Part shown: in pieces, positions 1 through 9,796 of the stretch
Layout of the letters: each line of letters opens with the position of its first letter
How positions within the stretch are numbered: the first letter of the stretch is position 1
From: an uncultured Collinsella sp.
GTDB lineage: Bacteria > Actinomycetota > Coriobacteriia > Coriobacteriales > Coriobacteriaceae
Direction: 5' to 3'
NCBI GenBank assembly: GCA_900540835.1
Contig: UQHN01000004.1
Location: forward strand, 165 to 64,164
DNA: 64,000 bases
Translations under genes and position numbers: made by a program
Notes under the pieces: generated by a model
What the model saw: the letters and a program-made list of their open reading frames with translations, nothing else
What the model was told of the DNA's origin: nothing
Databases searched by the model: none

Positions 1-50
1 GACTCCTGCCACATGCATGACAGGGGTTAAACACAAAAAAGGAGTCAACT

Positions 51-314
51 ATGGTTTCTGAGAAGGCTACCCTCGTTAATCCTCAGGGTCTGCACATGCG
101 TCCGGCTGGTCTGTTCGCCTCCACCATGGGCAAGTACGCCTGTGACGTGACGGTCGTCACCCCCGAGAAGGAGGTCAACGGCAAGTCCCCGATGGCCCTC
201 ATGGCTGCTGGTATCCCCTGCGGCACCGAGGTCGAGGTCAAGTGCGACGGCGCCGACGAGGCCGAGGCTCTGGCTGCTGCCATCGAGCTCATCAAGAGCG
301 GTCTTGGCGAGTAG
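51..314 (+). CDS. ptsH: Phosphocarrier protein HPr
   Basis: 87 aa with active-site motif GLHMRPAG (His15 region) and the Ser46 region (KSPMALM). RBS aaggag sits 5-10 nt upstream. Confidence 0.9.
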   Translation: MVSEKATLVNPQGLHMRPAGLFASTMGKYACDVTVVTPEKEVNGKSPMALMAAGIPCGTEVEVKCDGADEAEALAAAIELIKSGLGE

Positions 315-441
315 AACTCAAACGGGTCGCATGTTGAACAACTAAGTTCATATTTGGGGGCGCAGTGACCTGTCTTAAGGTAGCTGCGCTCTTTTGTCAT
401 GGATATGGCAAAACGCTTTATCACATGACACGGAGAGAGGA

Positions 442-2151
442 ATGGGAATGTATCAGGGAGTCAACGCTTCCGAGGGCATCGGTATCGGCACCGTCATGGT
501 CGCCGTCGATCCCGACTTGACGTTTGAGCCGCACGAGGTTGCTGATTCGGCAGCAGAGAAGGAGCGCTATCAGTCCGCTCTTTCGGTCTTCTGCGAGAAG
601 ACCCAGGCTCAGGCCGACCACATGAAGGAGACGGTGGGCGAGGCCGAGGCCGAGATCATGAGCGGACACATTGTCCTTGCTCAGGACCCGGGCATGACCG
701 ACGCCATCAACGCCGCCATTGACGGCGGCACCTGTGCCGAGCAGGCGCTCATGGACACCTCGACCATGTTCGAGAACATGTTCCTGTCCATGGACGACGA
801 GATGTTCCGTCTGCGCGCGGCCGACATCGCCGACATCCGCACCGGTATTCTGGCCGAGCTGCTGGGCAAGGAGGTCGTCGACCTCTCCGTCCTGCCCGAG
901 AATACCGTCGTTGTCGTGCACGACCTCACGCCGTCCATGACCGCCACGATCGATAAGGCCCACGTTGCCGGTATCGTCACCGAGACCGGTGGCCGCACGT
1001 CGCACTCCGCGATCATTGCGCGCGCCCTCGAGATCCCGGCTGTCCTTTCGGTTTCCAACAGCTGCACCGCGTTGCGCAACGGTATGACCGTTGTCGTCGA
1101 CGGTGGCAAGGGTATCGTCGAGGCCGATCCCGACGAGGAGACGCTCGCTGCCTACACCGCCAAGGCCGAGGCCTTCGCTGCCGAGAAGGCAGCCCTCGAG
1201 GCCTTCCGTGGCAAGCCGTCCGTGACTGCCGATGGCATCAAGAAGATCATCGCCTGCAACATCGGTAACCCCGATGACGTGCCCAACGCGCTCGATCACG
1301 ACGCCGAGGCTATCGGTCTGTTCCGCTCCGAGTTCCTGTTCATGGACTCTGCTGAGCTTCCTTCCGAGGAGGAGCAGTTCAACGCCTATCGTAAGGTCGC
1401 CAGCGCGCTCAAGGGTGCTCCGGTCATCATCCGCACGCTCGATGTGGGCGGCGACAAGGAGATTCCGTATCTGCACATGGTCAAGGAAGAGAACCCCTTC
1501 ATGGGCTTCCGCGCCGTGCGTTACTGCCTGGCCAATCCCGACCAGTACAAGGTTCAGCTCCGCGCCCTGCTGCGCGCCAGCGCCTTTGGTGACGTCAAGA
1601 TCATGATCCCGCTCGTCACCTGCGTCGAGGAGGTCGTGGCCGTCAAGGAGCTCGTCGAGCAGTGCAAGGCCGAGCTGACCGAAGAGGGTCGCAAGTTCAA
1701 CGAGAACATCGAGGTCGGCATTATGGTCGAGACGCCTGCCGCCTCGCTGCTCGCTGACCGTCTGGCCGAGGTCGCCGACTTCTTCTCTATCGGCACCAAC
1801 GACCTCATCGGCTACACCATGTGCGCCGACCGTGGCAACGACACCATCTCCAACCTGTACCAGGTGTACTATCCCGCCGTGCTCCGCTCGCTCAAGAACA
1901 TCATCGAGAGCGGCGTGAAGGCCGGTATCATGGTCGGCATGTGCGGCGAGGCCGCTGCCGATCCGCTGCTTGAGCCGCTGCTGATCAGCTGGGGCCTGGA
2001 GGAGTTCTCGATGAGCGCTCCGTCCATCCTGCGCGCCCGCAAGACCATCAGCCAGTGGACCAAGGCCGAGTGTGACGAGCTCGCCGAGAAGGCACTCGCC
2101 TGCAACACTGCCGCCGAGGTCAAGGCGCTGCTCGAGTCTGCTGCTCGCTAA
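442..2151 (+). CDS. ptsI: PTS enzyme I (phosphoenolpyruvate-protein phosphotransferase)
   Basis: PEP-utilizing enzyme motifs GGRTSHSAIIARALEIPAV, the IRTLDVGGDK swivel region and a C-terminal TIM-barrel region. The ORF opens at 394; start at ATG 442/448 is preferred because RBS ggagagagg lies at 432-440. Confidence 0.9.
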   Translation: MGMYQGVNASEGIGIGTVMVAVDPDLTFEPHEVADSAAEKERYQSALSVFCEKTQAQADHMKETVGEAEAEIMSGHIVLAQDPGMTDAINAAIDGGTCAEQALMDTSTMFENMFLSMDDEMFRLRAADIADIRTGILAELLGKEVVDLSVLPENTVVVVHDLTPSMTATIDKAHVAGIVTETGGRTSHSAIIARALEIPAVLSVSNSCTALRNGMTVVVDGGKGIVEADPDEETLAAYTAKAEAFAAEKAALEAFRGKPSVTADGIKKIIACNIGNPDDVPNALDHDAEAIGLFRSEFLFMDSAELPSEEEQFNAYRKVASALKGAPVIIRTLDVGGDKEIPYLHMVKEENPFMGFRAVRYCLANPDQYKVQLRALLRASAFGDVKIMIPLVTCVEEVVAVKELVEQCKAELTEEGRKFNENIEVGIMVETPAASLLADRLAEVADFFSIGTNDLIGYTMCADRGNDTISNLYQVYYPAVLRSLKNIIESGVKAGIMVGMCGEAAADPLLEPLLISWGLEEFSMSAPSILRARKTISQWTKAECDELAEKALACNTAAEVKALLESAAR

Positions 2152-2225
2152 TTTGGTATCAGAGGTAACCGCGTGGTTGGAATGGGCCAATCACGCGGCC
2201 CTCACATATACAGGGGGTACTGTAA

Positions 2226-3158
2226 ATGTTCTACACGCTAACCGCTAACCCGGCTGTCGACATGACGGTTTCGAGCTCTCCGCTCGAGCCCGACGAGAAC
2301 GTCCGCACCGGCTCGGCCAGCTACACGGCTAACGGCAAGGGCCTCGACGTGTCCTTCGCCTTTAAGAAGATGGGCGTCGACACCGTCGCGCTCGGTTTCT
2401 TCGCCGGCTTCACGGGCAAGTTCATCGTCGAGGAGGTCATGAACCTGGGTTGCCTCTGCCGCCCGGTCTGGACCGACGGTATCACGCGCATCAACACCTA
2501 CGTCAACGATGGCCAGCACGAGTACGGCATCCTGAACCCCGGTGCTCCGATCACGCCGCAGCATCAGGAGGAGCTCTACAACATCCTGGACACCGCGGGC
2601 GACCTTGAGTGCCTGATCGTCTCCGGCTCCGTGCCTCCCAAAGCTACGCCCGACTTCCTGGCTCAGGTCATGGAGCACGCTCAGGCCCGTGGCGCCGACG
2701 TCGTCCTGGACCTGTCCTCCGACAAGCTCAAGGAGCTCGCTCACAAGAAGCCGCTGCTCATTAAGCCGAACCATCACGAGATGAAGGCTATCTTCGGCGT
2801 GCCGGTCGACACCGACGACGAGGTCCGCGTTGCCATGAAGCTGGCTCACGAGGCCGGCGTCCAGAACGTGCTGCTCACCCGTGGTAGCCGCGGTGACGCT
2901 TACTTCTCCAACGGCGAGGACATCTGGTATGCCAAGCGTGAGTTCAACATCAAGCTTGTCTCTTCCGTCTGCGCCGGCGACTGCACCCTCGCTGCGTTCC
3001 TGCACAAGTGGTACAGGGATCGCGACAACGTCGAGGAGGCCATGAAGCTCGCTATGGCCACCGGCGCCAACGTTGCTGAGTCCGTCGGCATCGGCGACTT
3101 TGGTCACGTCGACGAGTACAGCAAGCGCGTTGCCGTTCGCAAGCTCGATCGCAAGTAA
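2226..3158 (+). CDS. fruK: 1-phosphofructokinase / PfkB-family sugar kinase
   Basis: 310 aa with the N-terminal MFYTLTANPAVD, GG-K-N motifs and the PfkB C-terminal signature (GAGDCTLAAFL). It lies directly downstream of ptsI. Confidence 0.8.
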   Translation: MFYTLTANPAVDMTVSSSPLEPDENVRTGSASYTANGKGLDVSFAFKKMGVDTVALGFFAGFTGKFIVEEVMNLGCLCRPVWTDGITRINTYVNDGQHEYGILNPGAPITPQHQEELYNILDTAGDLECLIVSGSVPPKATPDFLAQVMEHAQARGADVVLDLSSDKLKELAHKKPLLIKPNHHEMKAIFGVPVDTDDEVRVAMKLAHEAGVQNVLLTRGSRGDAYFSNGEDIWYAKREFNIKLVSSVCAGDCTLAAFLHKWYRDRDNVEEAMKLAMATGANVAESVGIGDFGHVDEYSKRVAVRKLDRK

Positions 3159-3185
3159 GCGAAACACTACAAACTCGTGCGCATA

Positions 3186-3220
3186 CGGCGTCCCGGTTTC
3201 GACCGGGGCGCCGTTTTTTG
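3186..3220 (+). terminator. Rho-independent terminator after fruK
   Basis: GC-rich hairpin cggcgtcccggt-ttcg-accggggcgccg followed by TTTTTTG. Confidence 0.6.
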
Positions 3221-3341
3221 TCCCACTCGAACCTCGGAGCCGCGCTTCACGCGTTCCACACCGTTCACCGAGTTGTTGTAGCCTTTTGCCGAAGCGTGGA
3301 ATATACTTTCATTAACACGTTGCTTCGTGAAAGGAACATTC

Positions 3342-4274
3342 ATGATTTACACGCTTACTGCAAATCCCGCTATTGACTACAACATCTCCTGCGATGGCTT
3401 GTCCGCCAACACCGTTACCCGCACCCGTAACGCTGTCTACACCCCCAACGGCAAGGGTCTCAACGTTTCGTTTACGCTCGACCACTACGGCGTCGACACC
3501 ACGATCCTGGGCTTCTTCGCCGGCTTCTCGGGTGAGTATATCGTTAAGGGCGCCGAGGCCCTGGGCGTGCCCGTCAAGCCCGTGTGGACTGACGGCATCA
3601 CGCGTGTCAACGTGTTCCTCAATGCCGGTCCCGACACCGAGTACAACATGGTCAACGCCGGTGCCGCCATCAACGAGGCCAACGAGCAGGAGATGTTTGA
3701 GCTGATCGATTCGCTCGAGGACATGACCTGCCTGGTCATTAGCGGCTCGCTGCCCCCCAACACCTCTGAGGGCTTCCTGGCCGAGGTGCTTCGCCGCGTT
3801 AAGGCAAAGGGCGCCGAGTTCGTGCTCGATATTTCGAGCCATCAGTTGGCCGACCTCATTGCCATGGAGCCGCTGCTGATCAAGCCCAATGACGACGAGC
3901 TGCTCGACATCTTTGGCATTAAGGTGAGCGGCGGCGACGATGAGTCCGTCAAGGCTGCCATGGCCGAGCTGCATGCCAAGGGCGCCAAGAACGTGCTGTT
4001 GACCCTGGGTGGCGCCGGCGCGTACTTCTCCAACGGCGAGCACATCTGGTTTGCCAACCGTACCTTTGAGGTCAAGCTGCTGTCGACCGTTTGCGCCGGT
4101 GACTCTTCGCTGGCCGCCTTCCTGTCCGTGTGGCACGACGCTCCCGAGCGCGTCGAGGACGCCCTGCGCCTCTCGATGGCCACCGGCGCCAACGTGGTCG
4201 AGTGCCCGGGTCTGGGCGATTTTGCCAAGGTCGATGAGTATCAGAAGGGTATTGCAATTCGTCAGGTTTGCTAG
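3342..4274 (+). CDS. Second PfkB-family kinase (1-phosphofructokinase / tagatose-6-P kinase paralog)
   Basis: Begins MIYTLTANPAIDYN, parallel to the upstream paralog, and ends with the PfkB GAGDSSLAAFL motif. RBS aaagga sits before ATG 3342; the ORF track starts at 3327. Confidence 0.8.
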   Translation: MIYTLTANPAIDYNISCDGLSANTVTRTRNAVYTPNGKGLNVSFTLDHYGVDTTILGFFAGFSGEYIVKGAEALGVPVKPVWTDGITRVNVFLNAGPDTEYNMVNAGAAINEANEQEMFELIDSLEDMTCLVISGSLPPNTSEGFLAEVLRRVKAKGAEFVLDISSHQLADLIAMEPLLIKPNDDELLDIFGIKVSGGDDESVKAAMAELHAKGAKNVLLTLGGAGAYFSNGEHIWFANRTFEVKLLSTVCAGDSSLAAFLSVWHDAPERVEDALRLSMATGANVVECPGLGDFAKVDEYQKGIAIRQVC

Positions 4275-4308
4275 TTCCGGCACCTTGCCTGAATAGTTCA
4301 ATTATTTC

Positions 4309-4345
4309 GCATCCGTCTTAGACCAGGACGGATGCGTTTTTGTTT
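4309..4345 (+). terminator. Rho-independent terminator
   Basis: Hairpin gcatccgtc-ttagaccag-gacggatgc followed by gtttttgttt. Confidence 0.65.
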
Positions 4346-4438
4346 ATCGGACTTGCGTGTGCAGTGGAGGCTGTTTCTTGCTAGACTTCTTGCAGACGCA
4401 ATCGATAGCCAATTTGATAGTCGCAGGAGGCCATAGGC

Positions 4439-5845
4439 ATGTGCAATGTTTCGCTCAACGGTACGCAGCCGACCGATGCCTCTATCCGTGTCCTGCGTGC
4501 GCTTGAGGCAGCAGGTCTTGAGGCTTGGTACGTGGGCGGTTGGGTACGTGATGCCCTGATGGGACGCCCCAGCCACGATGTTGACATGTGCTGCAGCGGC
4601 CTGTGGCAGGAGTCCAAAGAGGCGCTCGAAGCGGCTGATATTGCCGTGGTTGAGTCGGGCATAAAATTTGGCGGCATCACGGCTATTTGCGATGATGAGC
4701 GCATTGAGGTCACCACCTACCGCCTAGACGGCTTTTACACCGACGGCCGCCATCCCCAGAGTGTGGAGCGTGCGGCGTCGCTTGAGGACGATCTGGCGCG
4801 TCGTGACTTTACCGTTAACGCTATGGCCTGGCATCCCGAGCGTGGTCTTGTCGACCGCTACGATGGTCAGGGCGACCTAGACCGCAAGCTCATCCGCGCC
4901 GTTGGAGATCCCAAGCGTCGTTTTAACGAGGACGCGCTTCGCATGCTGCGCGCGGTGCGTTTTGCCTGCCGTCTGGATTTTATGATCGAGCCTAAGACTA
5001 AACAGGCGCTTGCCGAGTGCGCGCCGCTGCTCGATGCTGTGGCGCGCGAGCGCGTGGGCATTGAGCTCGAGGGTATCCTTTCGACCGGCCATGGGGGAGA
5101 CGCGATGCTGCGCTACCCCGAGCTTGTTTGCGCCGCCGTGCCCGAGCTCGCGTCCGCTCGCGGGTTTGATCAACGCAGCGTCTATCATGCGTTTAACGTC
5201 TACGAGCATATCGCCCGCGTGCTGACGGTGGCAGGGGAGCTGGCGCTGTGCGACGGCGTCGCGCCCTCGTCGAGCCTTATGTGGGCGGCGTTTTTGCACG
5301 ACGTTTCCAAACCCGAGTGCTTTACGGTCGATCACGACGGCAGCGGCCACTTCTACGGTCATCCCGAGCTCGGCGCCAAGAAGGCGCGTGTCATCATGGA
5401 TCGCCTGGCGCTCTCGCACGATTTGGTGCGCGATGTGTGCCTGCTGATCAAATACCATGACAAGCCGCTGCGCCCCGAGCGCTCCTGCCTGCTCAATATG
5501 ATGCGCGCGCTTTCGGGCGAGGGTGTCGATACGCCGCGTCTGATGGACGAGCTCATGGACCTTAAGCGTGCCGACACGCTCGGCAAGGCGCCCTCGTGCT
5601 TCTATTACGTCGAGACGATCGAGGAGATGCGTACGCTCGCCCACGATCTGCTGCAGGCGGGGGAGCCCTATACACTCAAGATGCTTGCCATCAATGGTGG
5701 CGACCTGATCCGCGCCGGCGTCAAGCCGGGGCCGGAGCTGGGACAGCTTCTCAACGCCGCCCTCGACGCCGTGATCGAGGACAACATCCCCAACGATCGC
5801 GAAACCCTTTTGGTTCATCTCAACTTGAACTATCTAACCAGTTGA
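4439..5845 (+). CDS. cca: CCA-adding tRNA nucleotidyltransferase with HD domain
   Basis: PolyA-polymerase head motif GGWVRDALMGRPSHDVDM and RDFTVNAMA, plus a C-terminal HD domain (HDVSKP... KYHDKP). Confidence 0.85.
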   Translation: MCNVSLNGTQPTDASIRVLRALEAAGLEAWYVGGWVRDALMGRPSHDVDMCCSGLWQESKEALEAADIAVVESGIKFGGITAICDDERIEVTTYRLDGFYTDGRHPQSVERAASLEDDLARRDFTVNAMAWHPERGLVDRYDGQGDLDRKLIRAVGDPKRRFNEDALRMLRAVRFACRLDFMIEPKTKQALAECAPLLDAVARERVGIELEGILSTGHGGDAMLRYPELVCAAVPELASARGFDQRSVYHAFNVYEHIARVLTVAGELALCDGVAPSSSLMWAAFLHDVSKPECFTVDHDGSGHFYGHPELGAKKARVIMDRLALSHDLVRDVCLLIKYHDKPLRPERSCLLNMMRALSGEGVDTPRLMDELMDLKRADTLGKAPSCFYYVETIEEMRTLAHDLLQAGEPYTLKMLAINGGDLIRAGVKPGPELGQLLNAALDAVIEDNIPNDRETLLVHLNLNYLTS

Positions 5846-5898
5846 CCTGCGCGTTCCATAACCTGCCGACATTTTTTTCGGCAATTTGGAATTTCTTC

Positions 5899-5927
5899 TT
5901 GCGCTGATGTTTTTTGTCCCGTAATAT
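5899..5927 (+). promoter_or_regulatory. Candidate sigma70-like promoter for tRNA-Glu
   Basis: TTGCGC, 17 nt spacer, TAATAT, about 35 nt upstream of the tRNA 5' end. Confidence 0.35.
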
Positions 5928-5961
5928 ATTTCCTCGCAGCACGGCAGTGCAGATGTCATGT

Positions 5962-6038
5962 GGCCCGTTCGTCTAGCGGTTTAGGACGCCGCCCTCTCAA
6001 GGCGGAGATCACCAGTTCGAATCTGGTACGGGCTACCA
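5962..6038 (+). tRNA. tRNA-Glu: tRNA-Glu (anticodon CUC)
   Basis: Cloverleaf closely parallels E. coli tRNA-Glu (TTCGTCTAG...GGTTCGAATCC). The anticodon loop is CTCTCAA, and the 3' end is A-CCA encoded. Confidence 0.9.
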
Positions 6039-6046
6039 CGCATCTG

Positions 6047-6083
6047 ATACCCGGACTTCCTATGGAAGCCCGGGTTTTTATTT
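6047..6083 (+). terminator. Terminator after tRNA-Glu
   Basis: Hairpin cccggacttcc-tat-ggaagcccggg followed by ttttta. Confidence 0.55.
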
Positions 6084-6187
6084 TCAAACAACCGTCTGCA
6101 ATTCCCGTTTGAAAAAGAGCTTTGCGTTCTGCCTATGGCCCTTACGGGTACAATATCCAAGATATTTTGACTGTTAGAAGGAGTCTC

Positions 6188-7492
6188 ATGACGGAGTCCT
6201 CTCAGCATACATCTAAGCCCCAGGTCGAGGTTGAGGCCTCGGGCGGCGATGACAACAAGGGTGCACGCCGCGGTGCCATTTTTATCGGCGTCGTGCTGGT
6301 TGGCTATATCGTTTATCTGATTGTGACCGGCCAGATGGGACAGTTCTGGGCTGCCATGTCGAGCGTTCAGGCGCCGTGGCTCGTTGCTGCATGCTTTTGC
6401 ATGTTCCTGTACCTGTTCTTTGGCATTGTGGCCTATGCGATCGCCGTCTGGCTCGATCCCAATTCGCCCGTCGGTATCCGCGACCTGATTTCGGTCGAGG
6501 CGAGTGGCATCTTCTTTGGTAATCTGACACCCATGATGATGGGCTCTACGCCTGCCCAGATCTACCGCCTGACCAAAGCGGGCCAAAATGTCGGCGAGGC
6601 CGGCGCCACGCAGTTCACGCGTTTTATCGTGTATCAGTTTGGCCTTGTTGCCTGGGGCGCTATCCTATTGCTTGCTCGCATGCCGTTTTTTGCCGAGCGC
6701 TATGGCGACATGACGCTGCTGTGCGTCTTTAGTTTTGGCGGCCACTGCTGCATCTTGCTTGGTATCTTCGCCGTCGCGCTCATGCCTAAGACCGTCACGC
6801 GCGTCGCCCATTGCATCATCAATTGGCTCGAGCGCATGGGCGTCTCGGCCACCAAGATTGAGGGCTGGCGTACGTTTGTCGACGGCGAAATCTACTCTTT
6901 CTCCGAGAAGTTCAAGCTTTCAGCCGGCCACTTTTCGTCCATGCTGCTCACGGTGGTCATCACCATGTTGCAGCTCGCGTTTTTCTACCTCGTGCCGTAT
7001 TTCCTGATGCTTGCCTTTGGCCACCACGAAGTCGACTTTTTCTCGGTCATGGCCGCGAGCGCCTTTGTTCAGCTCCTGAGCTCTGCTGTTCCCCTGCCCG
7101 GTGGCACCGGCGGTGCCGAGGGTGGCTTCGCGCTGTTCCTGGGTCATTTCTTTGGGTCGGCCTCGACCGCCGGTTATCTGCTGTGGCGCCTCATTACGTT
7201 TATCGCGCCGACCATTTTGGCTGCGCCCCTGCTGGGCCTTAAGAGCGCCCACAACGAGAGTATCCATGCGCGCTGGGATCGCGTGATGCGCAAGCTCGGC
7301 CGCGCGCCTCAGACGCCCTCTAAGCCTGCAAAGCCCCATCCTGTGAATGCGGTTACCGTGGATCCCAATCAGCATGCTCAGAAGGCTTCTGGGGCCGCCA
7401 AACCGTCGCATAAGGCCTATGTGCGCCAGACAGGTGACGGCATCCGTGTGTCCCCGGCTGCTTTGAACAAAAAGAAGCTCCCTAAGGCGTAA
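6188..7492 (+). CDS. Integral membrane protein, flippase-like / lysylphosphatidylglycerol-synthase TM-region family (UPF0104-like)
   Basis: Multiple hydrophobic helices and the conserved PLPGGTGGAEGGFALFLG motif. RBS aaggag sits before ATG 6188; the ORF track opens at 6122. The C-terminus is a basic tail. Confidence 0.6.
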   Translation: MTESSQHTSKPQVEVEASGGDDNKGARRGAIFIGVVLVGYIVYLIVTGQMGQFWAAMSSVQAPWLVAACFCMFLYLFFGIVAYAIAVWLDPNSPVGIRDLISVEASGIFFGNLTPMMMGSTPAQIYRLTKAGQNVGEAGATQFTRFIVYQFGLVAWGAILLLARMPFFAERYGDMTLLCVFSFGGHCCILLGIFAVALMPKTVTRVAHCIINWLERMGVSATKIEGWRTFVDGEIYSFSEKFKLSAGHFSSMLLTVVITMLQLAFFYLVPYFLMLAFGHHEVDFFSVMAASAFVQLLSSAVPLPGGTGGAEGGFALFLGHFFGSASTAGYLLWRLITFIAPTILAAPLLGLKSAHNESIHARWDRVMRKLGRAPQTPSKPAKPHPVNAVTVDPNQHAQKASGAAKPSHKAYVRQTGDGIRVSPAALNKKKLPKA

Positions 7493-7610
7493 CAGTTGGT
7501 CGTGCGTTCTTCATGTTGCCGGGCTTTTTTGCGCCGGATGGGAGATAATCCTCTTACGTAGATTAACTCTCATCTGTTGATGAATGCTCACATTCCGAAG
7601 GGACACGTCC

Positions 7611-8222
7611 ATGGACACCAGCAAACCGCGCCTCGACCGCCGCATCGTTCGCAGCCGCAATGCCATCCTTTCTGCGTTTGAGCGCCTGCTGATGGATAAA
7701 CCGCTTGCCGATATTACCGTGAGTGCCATCGCGCGTGAGGCAAATGTCGATCGTAAGACCTTCTACGTGCACTTTGGCACGGTCGACGGCCTGCTCGATG
7801 CCATCGCCGCCGATGTGGTCAAGATGATCGTCGACTCGGTCGAAAAGACGCTTTCCACTATGGGCAGTGACCCCAACGAGCGCGCCCTTGGAGCGGCGGC
7901 TACCTTCTTTAAGACCATCAACGAGGCACTTTGCAATAACCTCGTGCTCAATCGCCAGCTGATTGAAAACATCCCGCTCGACGATTTTATGACGCGTTTG
8001 CGCGTGCCGCTCGAGCATGAGATTGCCGAGCGCGACTTGCTGCCCCACGGCCTCAAGGACGAGATGTTCGATTACTATCTGGCGTTTTTGCTGTCGGGAA
8101 TTATCGGAATCTATCGCACATGGGCGCTGTCTGACGGCTCGGTTCCTATCGAGCGCGTCTCGGAGGTCGCCAACGACCTGACTCTCAATGGCCTGTCGAG
8201 TCTGGAATCTCGCTTGGATTAG
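7611..8222 (+). CDS. TetR/AcrR-family transcriptional regulator
   Basis: N-terminal HTH region ILSAFERLLMDKPLADITVSAIAREANVDRKTFYVHF. It lies adjacent to the membrane protein. Confidence 0.85.
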   Translation: MDTSKPRLDRRIVRSRNAILSAFERLLMDKPLADITVSAIAREANVDRKTFYVHFGTVDGLLDAIAADVVKMIVDSVEKTLSTMGSDPNERALGAAATFFKTINEALCNNLVLNRQLIENIPLDDFMTRLRVPLEHEIAERDLLPHGLKDEMFDYYLAFLLSGIIGIYRTWALSDGSVPIERVSEVANDLTLNGLSSLESRLD

Positions 8223-8479
8223 GCGCAGGCTCGAGTTCGTGAGGCGCTTGTCGGGGTGCAGCCCGATCGATCAGGCGACGAGCATCCCGCCGAAGCAGTC
8301 GATGACCGGGCTCAGGTAGACCTTCTCGCCGCCCGGGAGCCTGAACTCGGTGATGTCGGTGAGCCACAGCAGGTTGGGCTCGTCGGCGTGGAAATTCCTG
8401 TTTACGAGGTTCTCCGGCGCCTTGTAGACCTCGCCGGCGTAGGAGCTGTAGCCTGAGGATCCTTAAAAGAAAGTCCAGT

Positions 8480-9796
8480 TTATCCTTTCCACCCCAATTG
8501 GGAATCCTCCGATGCGCCTTCGCACGCTCGCATGACCTCGATACCGTGCGAGCGTGCGAACTCGACGAGCTCTGCGTTGCGGGCGTTTATGGTGCCGAAG
8601 GCGGCGGGACACACGATAAGGCGCGCGCAGTGGACGAGGAGCTCTTTGGCGCGGGCTATGGTTCTATCCCCGATCGGCTCGAAGGCGCGCTCGGCCACGC
8701 ATTCCGCCGCCAGGTCGCGCGCGAGCTCGCAGTCGATGTCCCCTTCGTGCAGAACGCCCGTGTAGAACGCCTTGCCCTGCCGGATGAGCTGGCGAAACAC
8801 AGCCGACCCCGTACCTGCGCCGGCGATGACGAACGTGTGCGCATCGCCGTGCGGGCGTCCAATTTCCACGCTGCCGAAGCGCTCGTTGAAGGTGCCATGT
8901 TGAAGGCCGTAGAGCTCGCCAATCGTCTCGCGCGTGAATATGTCCTCGGGTGCGCCGGCGCGGAAGACCCGGCCGTCCTTCACGCAAATCACCTTGTCGG
9001 CGCTTTTCTGCGCGAGCTCGAGTTCGTGGATGGACATGATGACAGCCACATTCCGCGATTTCGCAAGGTGGCGAAGTATTCGCAGCAGGTCGATCTGGTA
9101 GCGGATATCGAGATATGACGTGGGCTCGTCGAGCACGAGCACACGCGGATCCTGCGCGATGGCGCGTGCGAGCATGACGCGCTGGCGTTGCCCGTCGCTT
9201 ATCTGCATGAAGTCGCGCTCGGCGAGCTCTTCCACATGTGCGGTTTTCATGGCCTCGTCGACCCGACTATGGTCGTCGGGCGAGAGTGTGCCCATTCGCC
9301 CGGTGTAGGGGTGCCTTCCCGCCTCTACGACATCGCGGCAGGTGAGGAGCTCGGTCCGGGGGCGATCTGTCAGCATAACGGCAAGGTTCCTTGCAAACTC
9401 CGCCGTCTTCCATCGGGAAATCTCCCGCCCGTCGAGCTCGACCGCGCCGGCAAGCGGTGCCAGATGGCGTGTGATGGTTTTCAAGATGGTCGACTTGCCC
9501 GAGCCGTTCGGCCCGATGAGCGCCACGACGTCGCCCGCGCGAACCTCCAGATCGACGCCTTCGACTACGACCTTCTTGTCGTAGCCCGCCGACAGGTCGC
9601 TTATGTGGAAAAGCGGCGCTCCGTCAGCCTGCGTTTCGACCGTAGTTTCGAGGTTCGGCTCCGCTCGGAGGAGGCGTTCCGCGCGCAGTTCCGCACGAGC
9701 CGAAAGTGCCTTCTGGCGCTTTCGTGCGAGCTCAGGACTGTCTAAGCATGGAATGTCCCCTTCGAGCGTTTTGGGCCGCGGCACGAATTCCCCCAT
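8480..9796 (-). CDS. ABC transporter ATP-binding protein (FecE/BtuD-like) with an extra ~125 aa C-terminal Rossmann-like domain
   Basis: Walker A GPNGSGKST, the LSGG-like region, and Walker B LVLDEPTSYLD. The C-terminal extension is FVIAGAGTGSAVF...CPAAFGT. Its start is adjacent to the permease stop, consistent with translational coupling. Confidence 0.85.
   Translation of the reverse strand: MGEFVPRPKTLEGDIPCLDSPELARKRQKALSARAELRAERLLRAEPNLETTVETQADGAPLFHISDLSAGYDKKVVVEGVDLEVRAGDVVALIGPNGSGKSTILKTITRHLAPLAGAVELDGREISRWKTAEFARNLAVMLTDRPRTELLTCRDVVEAGRHPYTGRMGTLSPDDHSRVDEAMKTAHVEELAERDFMQISDGQRQRVMLARAIAQDPRVLVLDEPTSYLDIRYQIDLLRILRHLAKSRNVAVIMSIHELELAQKSADKVICVKDGRVFRAGAPEDIFTRETIGELYGLQHGTFNERFGSVEIGRPHGDAHTFVIAGAGTGSAVFRQLIRQGKAFYTGVLHEGDIDCELARDLAAECVAERAFEPIGDRTIARAKELLVHCARLIVCPAAFGTINARNAELVEFARSHGIEVMRACEGASEDSQLGWKG

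Noticed and set aside
421-2190. 589-aa ORF antisense to ptsI, plus many similar long antisense or overlapping ORFs through the cob operon (for example 16429-17874, 19328-20299, 19591-20631 and 20863-22008)
   Set aside because: The opposite strand carries CDSs with unambiguous family motifs. The genome is >63% GC, which suppresses stop codons on all frames. The antisense translations are Arg/Ala/Gly-rich low-complexity strings with no motifs or RBS.
8256-8456. 66-aa ORF between the TetR gene and the ABC ATPase gene
   Set aside because: It has no RBS, an Asp/Glu/Leu-rich composition, and lies in the 3' region of a convergent gene pair. It is likely non-coding.
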